A model generated the notes under the pieces. The model saw only the letters and a list, made by a program, of their open reading frames with translations. It searched no databases and was not told the origin of the DNA. From an uncultured bacterium (GTDB taxonomy: Bacteria; Ratteibacteria; UBA8468; B48-G9; JAFGKM01), in assembly GCA_964400565.1 (NCBI GenBank), contig CAYNUP010000045.1:1-37238 (forward strand): 37,238 nt of DNA. The letters run 5' to 3'. Within the stretch, counting starts at the first letter, position 1, and each line of letters begins with the position of its first letter. The translations under genes were made by a program, and so were the position numbers. Shown here piece by piece: positions 21,757 to 30,172 of the stretch.

Positions 21757-23010
21757 ATGAAAAAATATTCAATAAGAAATATTAATCTTTTTAAGGAAGG
21801 AGAAAGAAAAACATTATGGGCATTAAATCATATGCCTGTAATTAAAAAATTGCGGGAGATATATTCTAAAAATAGAATTCTTAAAGGATATAGAATATCT
21901 GCATGTCTTCACATAACATCTGAAACTGCAAATCTTGTTTTAAATTTAAAAGAAGCAGGTGCTGAAGTATTTCTCTGTGCTTCAAATCCTTTATCCACTC
22001 AGGATGATGTGGCAGCATATCTTGTTAAAAAGGGAATTTATGTTTTTGGGAAGAGAGGAGAAAGTGTTAAAGAATATAATAAAAATATTGAGGAAGTTGG
22101 GAAAAAATTACCTCACTTTGTTATAGATGATGGAGGGGATTTAATTACATTTCTACATCAGAACGAAAGGTATATAAAAAATATTATTGGTGCAACAGAA
22201 GAAACAACAACAGGTGTTATACGACTTAAAAATTTACATAAACAAAATCTTTTGAAATTTCCTGTTATTGCTGTAAATAATGCAAAAACTAAATATCTTT
22301 TTGATAATAGATATGGAACAGGACAATCAACTATTGATGGATTACTTAGGGCTACAAATCTATTAATAGCGGGAAAAAATGTAGTTATCTGTGGATATGG
22401 TTGGTGTGGTAAAGGAATTGCTAATAGATTTAAAGGAATGGGAGCAAAAGTAATAATTGTAGAAGTTGACCCTATAAAAGCACTTGAAGCAGTTATGGAT
22501 GGATTTTCAGTTATGTCTATAAAAGATGCAAGCAAAATTGGTGATATATTTATCACTGCTACAGGAAATACATCAGTGATTACTTTAAAAGAGATAAATA
22601 GAATGAAAGATGGTGTTATTCTTGGTAACGCCGGACATTTTAATGTAGAAATAAAAATGGATGAAATAGAAAAGTATACCAGAAAGAAAAAAAGAATAAG
22701 GAATGGGCTTGATGAATATACACTTAAAAATGGGAAAAGAATTTATATACTTGGAAAAGGAAGACTTCTTAACCTTGCCTGCGCTGAAGGACATCCGCCA
22801 GAAGTAATGGATATGAGTTTCTCAAATCAATTTCTTTCAATTAAATTTCTGAAAGAAAATCCAGGGATTAAAATAGATGTTTATGATGTTCCTGAAGAAG
22901 TAGATAAACAGGTAGCAAAATATAAACTGGAAACTATCAACATAAAAATTGACACCTTAACAAAGAAACAGAAAAAATATCTCTCTTCCTGGGATTTAGG
23001 AACATTATGA
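21757..23010 (+). CDS. ahcY: Adenosylhomocysteinase
   Basis: 417 aa. Motifs ATEETTTGV, DNRYGTGQS and NAD-binding GYGWCGKG. Confidence 0.93.
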   Translation: MKKYSIRNINLFKEGERKTLWALNHMPVIKKLREIYSKNRILKGYRISACLHITSETANLVLNLKEAGAEVFLCASNPLSTQDDVAAYLVKKGIYVFGKRGESVKEYNKNIEEVGKKLPHFVIDDGGDLITFLHQNERYIKNIIGATEETTTGVIRLKNLHKQNLLKFPVIAVNNAKTKYLFDNRYGTGQSTIDGLLRATNLLIAGKNVVICGYGWCGKGIANRFKGMGAKVIIVEVDPIKALEAVMDGFSVMSIKDASKIGDIFITATGNTSVITLKEINRMKDGVILGNAGHFNVEIKMDEIEKYTRKKKRIRNGLDEYTLKNGKRIYILGKGRLLNLACAEGHPPEVMDMSFSNQFLSIKFLKENPGIKIDVYDVPEEVDKQVAKYKLETINIKIDTLTKKQKKYLSSWDLGTL

Positions 23011-23627
23011 AAAAATCCCTTATAGTTGGTATTACAGGAATTTTAGGGTCCGGTAAGACCACAGTAGGAGAAATTTTGAAAAAAGAAGGATTCAGTGTTA
23101 TATCATGTGATGAAATTGTTGATTGTTTGCTTAATAAAAAAAATATTATAAAAGAAGTGGGTAAAATTTTTGGTAAAAGTGTAATAGTTAATGAAAAATT
23201 GGACAGAAAAAAAATAAGAAAAATTATATTTGAAAATCCTCAAAAAAAAACAGAACTTGAAAAACTTATTCATCCTTTGGTATTTGAAAAAATTAAAGAG
23301 AAAATACTTGACACAAAGAAAAATGGAGGTATAATATTTATTGAAATTCCTCTACTTTTTGAAACGAAGAGTGAATTTTTATTTGATAAAATCGTTGTGG
23401 TAAGTGCGCCCCAAAAAGAAATAAAAAATAGATTAAAGGGGAAATATTCAGAAGAAGAAATAGAAAGAATATGGAAAAATCAGTTCCCTATTTCATGGAA
23501 GAAAAAGAAATCAGATTATATTATTGATAATTCCGGTTCTATTCTTAACACAGAAAAAAAAGTAAAAAGATTAATTGAAAAGTTAAAAAAAGAAATAAAT
23601 TATAATTATCATTTCAAAAAGGAGTAA
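23007..23627 (+). CDS. coaE: Dephospho-CoA kinase
   Basis: 206 aa. ATGA overlap with ahcY. P-loop [12 protein letters not shown] and the IPLLFE block. Confidence 0.85.
   Translation: MKKSLIVGITGILGSGKTTVGEILKKEGFSVISCDEIVDCLLNKKNIIKEVGKIFGKSVIVNEKLDRKKIRKIIFENPQKKTELEKLIHPLVFEKIKEKILDTKKNGGIIFIEIPLLFETKSEFLFDKIVVVSAPQKEIKNRLKGKYSEEEIERIWKNQFPISWKKKKSDYIIDNSGSILNTEKKVKRLIEKLKKEINYNYHFKKE
23308..23335 (+). promoter_or_regulatory. Perfect-consensus sigma70 promoter-like element inside coaE: TTGACA, 16 nt, TATAAT; about 295 nt upstream of rho
   Basis: TTGACA at 23308-23313 and TATAAT at 23330-23335, read directly. It is the only perfect-consensus pair I found in the window. Confidence 0.4.
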
Positions 23628-23629
23628 AA

Positions 23630-24922
23630 ATGGAAGAAAAAATTAGTGAAATTAATCTCTCAACTTTAAGAAAATGTAATATGAATAAATTGCAGAAGAT
23701 TGCCAAAGAAATGGATGTAAATGGAATAAGTGGATTAAGAAAGGAAGAATTAATTTATAAAATTATGGAAGCACAGGCTAAGAAAAATGGACTTTTATTT
23801 GGAGAGGGTGTCCTTGAAGTGCTACCAGATGGTTTTGGATTTTTAAGAGTACCTAATTATAACTACTTGCCAGGTCCGGATGATATATATGTATCTCCTT
23901 CTCAAATAAAAAAATTTGGACTTAAGACAGGAGATACTGTTTCTGGACAGATAAGACCTCCAAAAGAGAATGAAAAATATTTTGCTCTTTTAAAAGTTGA
24001 AATGGTGAATGGAGAACCGCCTGAAAATATTAGTTCAAGAATTCCTTTTGAAGAATTAACTCCTATACATCCAAATGAAAGATTTATCCTTGAAACCACA
24101 CCTGATGAAATAACAACAAGGGTAATTGATTTAATTGCTCCAATTGGAAAGGGACAGAGAGGATTAATAGTTTCTCCTCCAAGAGCAGGGAAAACAGTTA
24201 TTTTACAAAAAATAGCAAATGCAATTGCCAAAAACCATCCAGATGTATATTTGATTGTTTTACTGGTTGCAGAAAGACCTGAAGAGGTAACAGAAATGAG
24301 AAGAATTGTAAAAGGAGAGGTAATAAGTGCTACATTTGACGAATCTCCAGAAAGACACACTCAGGTTGCTGAAATTGCTCTTGAAAAAGCCAAACGCCTT
24401 GTTGAACATAAAAAAGATGTAGTAATTTTACTTGACAGTATTACACGACTGGCAAGAGCATATAATGTGCTGGTTCCACATAGTGGGAAAATTATGACAG
24501 GTGGGCTTGAATCTACAGCACTTGATAAACCAAAGAGATTTTTTGGAGCAGCAAGAAATATAGAAGAAGGAGGCAGTTTGACAATAATAGGGACAGCATT
24601 AATAGATACTGGAAGTAAAATGGACGAAGTTATCTTTGAGGAATTTAAAGGAACGGGAAATATGGAAATAAATCTTGATAGAAAACTTGCTGATAGAAGA
24701 ATCTTTCCAGCAATAGATATTAACAGGTCAGGAACAAGAAGAGAAGAACTTCTGATAAATCCTGAAGAACTTCAGTTGATATGGCTTTTAAGAAAAATAC
24801 TCGCACCTTTAAATCCAATTGAAGCAATGGAACTTTTAATAAATAAAATAAAAAGTACAAGGTCAAATATTGAACTTTTATTAAGTCTAAAAGCACAGAC
24901 GAAAGAATATTCCAATCTTTAA
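23630..24922 (+). CDS. rho: Transcription termination factor Rho
   Basis: 430 aa. Rho_N helix bundle, RNA-binding GFGFLR, Walker A PPRAGKT and the [13 protein letters not shown] block. Confidence 0.95.
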   Translation: MEEKISEINLSTLRKCNMNKLQKIAKEMDVNGISGLRKEELIYKIMEAQAKKNGLLFGEGVLEVLPDGFGFLRVPNYNYLPGPDDIYVSPSQIKKFGLKTGDTVSGQIRPPKENEKYFALLKVEMVNGEPPENISSRIPFEELTPIHPNERFILETTPDEITTRVIDLIAPIGKGQRGLIVSPPRAGKTVILQKIANAIAKNHPDVYLIVLLVAERPEEVTEMRRIVKGEVISATFDESPERHTQVAEIALEKAKRLVEHKKDVVILLDSITRLARAYNVLVPHSGKIMTGGLESTALDKPKRFFGAARNIEEGGSLTIIGTALIDTGSKMDEVIFEEFKGTGNMEINLDRKLADRRIFPAIDINRSGTRREELLINPEELQLIWLLRKILAPLNPIEAMELLINKIKSTRSNIELLLSLKAQTKEYSNL

Positions 24923-24932
24923 TTGGACAATT

Positions 24933-26060
24933 CTATGAGGAAAATGTTTTATGAATTTTTTTAAGTAAATCTCTTATATTTATTTTTTGAGGACATTTTT
25001 CTTCACACTTTCCACATTCTAAACAAGCATCCCCTTTTTTTCTAAGGTCGTCTTCTGCACTACCTATATCTTTATATTTATTTTTTGGAATTTCTGAACC
25101 GAGTAAGATATACTCATTAAAAAGTTTAAATATAAAAGGAATAGGTATATTCTGAGGACAAGGTAAGCAATATTCACATCCAGTACAAGGTATTTCTCCT
25201 TTTTTCCTTCTCTCATTTATAATTCTATTTATCAATTCAATTTCATCTTCTTTAAGAAAATCTGTAGAACTCGCAAATCCAACATTCTCTTCCACCATTT
25301 TAATTGAATTCATTCCTGAGAGAGCAATAGATACATTCTTATTTGAGAAAACAAATTTTAGAGCAATTTCAACAGGTGTTTTATACCTCTCTTTAAATAC
25401 TTCCATCAAATAAGGAAATTCAAATAACCTTCCGCCTCCAACAGGTCCCATAACAGCAATCCCAAGTCCTTTATTAGCAGCGTATTCAATAATCTCTTCA
25501 TTAGTTCTATCAAGTAAATTATATTGAAGTAAAATTGTTTCAAAAATTTCACTCTTATCAATAATTTCTTTTATATATTCAGGTTTATCATGAGATGAAA
25601 ATGAGATGTGTTTAATCAATCCTTCCCCTTTTGCTTTCATTGCCTCCTCTATAAGATTCAAACCCAAAACTTTCTCATTAAAATTTTGCCAAGTTAAAGA
25701 ATGAAAATGATAAAAATCAATATAATCTGTATCAAGTTTTTTAAGTTGCTCTTCAAGAAATTTTCTGTAATCTTCCCTTTTTTCTATCTTCCATACAGGA
25801 GATTTTGTAGAAATATATACCTTATCTCTTTCCCACAGTTTAATCGCTTTCCCTACAATAATTTCACTTTCTCCTCTACAATATCCATAGGCAGTATCTA
25901 TATAATTTATGCCGAGTTCAAATCCTCTATGAATGATTTTTATGGAAAGTTCTTCGTCAACAACTATATTTCCGTTTATCTCTTTTGTAGGAAGTCGCAT
26001 CGCTCCAAATCCAAGTAATGAAACTTTAATCCCTGTTTTTCCAAATTTTCTATAAAGCAT
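24933..26060 (-). CDS. Aldo/keto reductase with C-terminal Fe-S (ferredoxin-like) cysteine clusters
   Basis: 375 aa. AKR N-terminus (LGFGAMRL, IDTAYGY). C-terminal CTGCEYCLPC and CLECGKCEEKCP. Confidence 0.8.
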   Translation of the reverse strand: MLYRKFGKTGIKVSLLGFGAMRLPTKEINGNIVVDEELSIKIIHRGFELGINYIDTAYGYCRGESEIIVGKAIKLWERDKVYISTKSPVWKIEKREDYRKFLEEQLKKLDTDYIDFYHFHSLTWQNFNEKVLGLNLIEEAMKAKGEGLIKHISFSSHDKPEYIKEIIDKSEIFETILLQYNLLDRTNEEIIEYAANKGLGIAVMGPVGGGRLFEFPYLMEVFKERYKTPVEIALKFVFSNKNVSIALSGMNSIKMVEENVGFASSTDFLKEDEIELINRIINERRKKGEIPCTGCEYCLPCPQNIPIPFIFKLFNEYILLGSEIPKNKYKDIGSAEDDLRKKGDACLECGKCEEKCPQKINIRDLLKKIHKTFSS

Positions 26061-26090
26061 TTGACTTCTTCTTTAGTTTTTATATATAAT
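26061..26090 (+). promoter_or_regulatory. Candidate promoter for the macro-domain gene: -35 TTGACT, 18 nt, -10 TATAAT
   Basis: TTGACT at 26061-26066 and TATAAT at 26085-26090. Only 10 nt (ACTTAAAAGT, no SD) separate the -10 from ATG 26101. Confidence 0.45.
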
Positions 26091-26100
26091 ACTTAAAAGT

Positions 26101-26637
26101 ATGGTAAAAATCAAAAATGTAGAAATTGAACGTGTTAAAGGAGATATTACAGAACAGGAAGATATAGATGTAGTTGTTAATGCTGCCAATAGATATCTTG
26201 CACCAGGAGGAGGAGTAGCAGGTGCAATTCACAGAAAAGCAGGTCCTCAACTTTATGAAGAATGTAAAAAATATGCACCGATTGAAGTAGGAGAAGCAGT
26301 AATAACAGGTGGATATAATCTACCAAATCCATATGTAATCCATACACTTGGTCCTGTATATTCAGAAGAGAAAAATCCTGCAGGAAAACTTGCTCTTTGT
26401 TTTAAAAATTCACTTAAAATTGCTGATAGTAGAGGACTTAAATCCATTGCTTTTCCTGCAATTTCAACAGGTATATTTGGTTATCCTGTGGAAGAAGCAG
26501 CAGAGGTATCTATAAAAGCAATAATTGAAACTATTCCTCAATTAAAATCTATAAAATTGATAAGATTTGTCCTTTTTGACGAAAAAACATATTCAATTTT
26601 CCTTCAAAAAATAAAAGAAATTCCTATTGAGAAATAA
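26101..26637 (+). CDS. Macro-domain protein (YmdB-like O-acetyl-ADP-ribose deacetylase / ADP-ribose binding)
   Basis: 178 aa. Motifs GDITEQEDIDVVVNAAN, GGGVAGAIH and ISTGIFGYP. Confidence 0.85.
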   Translation: MVKIKNVEIERVKGDITEQEDIDVVVNAANRYLAPGGGVAGAIHRKAGPQLYEECKKYAPIEVGEAVITGGYNLPNPYVIHTLGPVYSEEKNPAGKLALCFKNSLKIADSRGLKSIAFPAISTGIFGYPVEEAAEVSIKAIIETIPQLKSIKLIRFVLFDEKTYSIFLQKIKEIPIEK

Positions 26638-26638
26638 G

Positions 26639-27271
26639 TTATTTATAAAAATCTTCTATAATTTTTACTGCTTCTTCTGGTTCATTTACAATTTTAAAAA
26701 TTTTCAGGTCTTCTTTATCAATATATCCTCTTTTAAGAAGAACATCTTTAAACCATTTTACAAAACCATCCCAGTATTTTTTATCCATTAAAACAACAGG
26801 AAACTTATGTACTCTCTTTGTTTGAATTAATGTAATTGCTTCCGTGAATTCATCAAGGGTACCAAAACCCCCAGGAAAGATTATAAATCCCTTCGCATAT
26901 TTAACAAACATTACTTTTCTTGTAAAAAAATATCTAAAAGAAACCAATGTCTTTATATATGGATTTGGTTTCTGTTCCTCTGGAAGTTCTATATTAAGAC
27001 CGATAGATTCTCCTCCTACTAAACTTGCTCCTTTATTTGCTGCTTCCATTATTCCTGGACCGCCCCCTGTAATAATTGTATATCCTTTCTCTGCAAGCAT
27101 TCTGGCTGTAATAACTGCTTTTTCATACCACTCATCTCCTGGCTTTACTCTTGCAGAACCCCAAATAGTTACTGCCTTTTCTACATTTTCAAGTATTTCA
27201 AATCCTTCCACAAACTCTGCCATTATTCTAAAAATTCTCCATGCCTCCTCTTGATATCTATTCTTTTTCAT
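26639..27271 (-). CDS. LOG-family (TIGR00730) nucleotide phosphoribohydrolase-like protein
   Basis: 210 aa. Motifs TGGGPGIMEAANKGA and PGGFGTLDEF. Confidence 0.85.
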   Translation of the reverse strand: MKKNRYQEEAWRIFRIMAEFVEGFEILENVEKAVTIWGSARVKPGDEWYEKAVITARMLAEKGYTIITGGGPGIMEAANKGASLVGGESIGLNIELPEEQKPNPYIKTLVSFRYFFTRKVMFVKYAKGFIIFPGGFGTLDEFTEAITLIQTKRVHKFPVVLMDKKYWDGFVKWFKDVLLKRGYIDKEDLKIFKIVNEPEEAVKIIEDFYK

Positions 27272-28544
27272 TATTCATCTCCTCTACAATTAAAAGTAAT
27301 CCTTCAACATCAACAACTTTAATTTTTTTATCTTTTTCAATCAAACCTGATTTGCTTTTCGCTTTCCAATATTCACCATGAATAAAAACCATCCCCTCAG
27401 GATTAAGTTCTTCTATCACCCTACCCTTTTCTCCAATTAAACCTTCTTTTCCTGTAATCACTTTTTTTCTTTTTGTTTTCCATGCAAACCAGATAACAAA
27501 CCATATAAAACTACCTGTTAAAATACTAACATATGAAACGGTAGATAAAGGAATTTTAATTCCAGAACTCTCTCTGAATAACATTAAAGAGCCAAGAATA
27601 AATGTAATAATTCCTGAAGTAATAAAAATTCCAAAAGTTGGGGTTAATGCTTCAATTGCAAAAAATATAAAACTCAACATAATTAAAATAAGACCTGCAA
27701 GATTAATTGGCAATGTGTGCAATCCAAAAAATGCAAGAATTAAAGCAATTGTACCAACAATTCCTGGGATTCCAAAACCAGGATGGGAAAGTTCAAATAT
27801 TATTCCCCATATCCCAATAATAAGTAAAAGATATGAAATAGTAGGGTCTGAAATAAACTGTAAAATTTTGTCTTTAAATTCCGCTTTCGCTTCTTTCAAT
27901 TCAGCATTTTTTGTATGAAGTATTATTTCTTTATCTTTAATATTAACTGTCATTCCATCAATTCTCTCCAGCAATTCATTTACATCTTTTGCTATTAAAT
28001 CTATAACTTTTTCTTTTAATGCTTCTTCTTCTGTTGAAGAAATACTTTCTCTAACCGCTTTTTCAGCCCATTTTTCATTTCTGTTTCTATGCCTTGCTAT
28101 TGTTTTAATAAAACTTACTGTATCATTAACAATCTTTTCTTCCATTTTACTTTCTGTCTCTCCTCCGGTTAAAGTTACTGGATGTGCTGCTCCTATATTT
28201 GTTGCAGGAGCCATAGAAAGAATATGAGAAGAAAGAGCAATAAAGGTTCCAGCAGAAGCACATTGAGCACCACTTGGATAGACAAAGCATATAACAGGGA
28301 TATTGGATGAAAGTATTTCCTGAACAATTTTTCTTGTAGAAGATAAAAGTCCACCAGGAGTATCCAATATTAATAGAACAAAATCTGCCTTATTTTTTTC
28401 TCCAAGAGATATTACATTTTTAATCTGATAATATGTGACAGGCCCAATTGCTCCCTCAACTTTCAAGACATATCCTGTATTTGGAAAAGAAAATTTTGTT
28501 ATAGAAACAATTAAAAAAAATAGGAGTAAAAAAATTTTTTTCAT
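27258..28544 (-). CDS. NfeD-family membrane-bound ClpP-class serine protease
   Basis: 428 aa. Signal sequence, protease domain (DTPGGLLSS, CASAGTFIA), a block of hydrophobic TM segments, and a C-terminal OB-like NfeD domain (VFIHGEYWKAKS). Confidence 0.85.
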   Translation of the reverse strand: MKKIFLLLFFLIVSITKFSFPNTGYVLKVEGAIGPVTYYQIKNVISLGEKNKADFVLLILDTPGGLLSSTRKIVQEILSSNIPVICFVYPSGAQCASAGTFIALSSHILSMAPATNIGAAHPVTLTGGETESKMEEKIVNDTVSFIKTIARHRNRNEKWAEKAVRESISSTEEEALKEKVIDLIAKDVNELLERIDGMTVNIKDKEIILHTKNAELKEAKAEFKDKILQFISDPTISYLLLIIGIWGIIFELSHPGFGIPGIVGTIALILAFFGLHTLPINLAGLILIMLSFIFFAIEALTPTFGIFITSGIITFILGSLMLFRESSGIKIPLSTVSYVSILTGSFIWFVIWFAWKTKRKKVITGKEGLIGEKGRVIEELNPEGMVFIHGEYWKAKSKSGLIEKDKKIKVVDVEGLLLIVEEMNNEKE

Positions 28545-29626
28545 TTTATTAAAATATCTGGCCTTAAAATTTCTTTATCTTCTATTTCAATTTTCAACAT
28601 CGGCCAGTTTTTATCCTCAGTTATTATTAAGGGCCCCCTTCCAGTTATTATTATTGTATCCTCTGATTTAGTACCTGTTATTGATGGATTCCATGCAAAT
28701 GCCTGATTTTCATAAACTAATTCATCTTTTTCTTTTGTTGCTCTAAAATATCTTGTTAGATATCCAGTAGGACCTCCCTGATGATGCTTTTTCCATTCAT
28801 GCGGATAACCTGTTTTTTCATACATTTTCACCCCTTCTATAAAAATTTCTCCAATTTTTTTGTTTATTCTTGTTGAATTTATAAAAGTTGCATCAATTTT
28901 ACAAACACATAAATGTTTATTTTTCAACTCCGGAGGCAATTCTCCAAAATGCACAAGTCGTGTGAGAGAAACAATTAGACCATATTTTCTTGCACATAAA
29001 ACAACCATAACATATTTTTCAACCTTTTTTTCAGTTGGTAATGGGTGCCTGTATTTTTCAATTCTATCATCAGAAGCAATAAGTAAAACAATAGGGACTA
29101 TATTTTTTTTCCACAATTCTTCGCTCAATTTCCCAGCAATTTCTATTTCTTTTTCTCCTATTTTTATCTCTTTACATACATGAGTCATTATTTCTGATGT
29201 TTCATTACCAAGTTTTTTATATCTTTCAACTTCTTCTGATAAAAGAGGGAAATGCAGATTTTCTATATTTAAAGTTATAAAATCAGAAAATGGTATATCA
29301 GAACCAATTAACCCATTACAGATTTTTTTTATTCCTTCATTATACTTTTCTTCATACCAGTTTTCAATTAATGGTTCAAATTCAAAATTCTTCAACTCCT
29401 CTTCCGAAATTCTTGGGTATTCAATATTATTTGTCAAATAATAAATCTTTTTTTCAGTTATAAGTAATTTGCATACACCTATTTCTGTATGAAGTCCAAC
29501 ATAATTTATTTTCCCTCCTGTAAACCATGCAAAATTACTTACCTTATTAATTAGAAATCCATCTAATCTATTTTTTTTTAGCAATTCTATAATCCTTTCC
29601 CATTTTGCTTCAATTTCTCTATCCAT
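28541..29626 (-). CDS. M24-fold (creatinase/prolidase-like) protein, with apparently degenerate metal site
   Basis: 361 aa. Creatinase_N-like N-terminus plus a pita-bread C-terminal domain (HHQGGPTGY, SEDTIIIT). Positions of the canonical D, D and one E ligand read L/V, S and N in a by-eye alignment. Confidence 0.65.
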   Translation of the reverse strand: MDREIEAKWERIIELLKKNRLDGFLINKVSNFAWFTGGKINYVGLHTEIGVCKLLITEKKIYYLTNNIEYPRISEEELKNFEFEPLIENWYEEKYNEGIKKICNGLIGSDIPFSDFITLNIENLHFPLLSEEVERYKKLGNETSEIMTHVCKEIKIGEKEIEIAGKLSEELWKKNIVPIVLLIASDDRIEKYRHPLPTEKKVEKYVMVVLCARKYGLIVSLTRLVHFGELPPELKNKHLCVCKIDATFINSTRINKKIGEIFIEGVKMYEKTGYPHEWKKHHQGGPTGYLTRYFRATKEKDELVYENQAFAWNPSITGTKSEDTIIITGRGPLIITEDKNWPMLKIEIEDKEILRPDILIK

Positions 29627-29633
29627 AATTCTA

Positions 29634-29662
29634 ATTATCTACCAAATTTTACTTTTTTTCAA
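29634..29662 (-). promoter_or_regulatory. Candidate promoter for the M24-like/NfeD/LOG operon: -35 TTGAAA, 17 nt, -10 GATAAT; predicts a leaderless mRNA
   Basis: On the minus strand TTGAAA is at 29662-29657 and GATAAT at 29639-29634. Exactly 7 nt (TAGAATT, no SD) separate it from ATG 29626. Confidence 0.4.
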
Positions 29663-29749
29663 ATTTATATAAGCAGTAAAAAGTTCCAAAAATATCTTTC
29701 ATATTTTTAGAAGATATGTTTATAAAGAACTTATTAGAAAAATTTTACA

Positions 29750-30109
29750 TTAATTTTTCTTTTTTTTACCTTCTTCTGCTGTATATTTTTTAATCTTAAA
29801 TAAAATCAATTCATTTTCCTTGGGAATAAATAGAATTTTTACTTTTTCTCCCACACTAAAGTTTTTTATTTCTTCCATCATTTCAGGAGTTATTATTTTT
29901 AATGTAATTTGAGAACCATCTGCTTGTTTTACTGTAATTGTGTTTAAATTTGTATTAATATCAACAATTTCTCCTATAAGTTTCTCAACATTTACTTTTG
30001 CTCCCTTAGGCACTTCTTTTTCTTTATCTTTCTTTTCACCTGAAAAAACTGGTGAAGAAAAACATAAAATAAGTATCGCTCCTATGATCAAACTAAAAAT
30101 TTTCTTCAT
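29750..30109 (-). CDS. Small secreted protein of unknown function
   Basis: 119 aa. GGAGGTG SD, signal peptide MKKIFSLIIGAILILCFSSPVFSG, beta-rich core and a K-rich tail. No recognisable motif. Confidence 0.6.
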   Translation of the reverse strand: MKKIFSLIIGAILILCFSSPVFSGEKKDKEKEVPKGAKVNVEKLIGEIVDINTNLNTITVKQADGSQITLKIITPEMMEEIKNFSVGEKVKILFIPKENELILFKIKKYTAEEGKKKKN

Positions 30110-30172
30110 TTTGTTTCACCTCCTTTCTATTATTTAGACCATTGAAAAATTAAAAAGTTTTAGTAAAATCTA

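Noticed and set aside
26101-27271. Macro-domain plus LOG-like genes as an ADP-ribose/nucleotide-signalling conflict pair.
   Set aside because: The genes are convergent, with stops 1 nt apart, so they are not co-transcribed. Each belongs to a different transcription unit, and both families are common housekeeping genes.
29692-29717. Inverted repeat ATATCTT...AAGATAT after the 119-aa gene, a possible terminator.
   Set aside because: The stem is only 7 bp and AT-only, with a 12-nt loop. That is too weak to call and is expected by chance in this composition.
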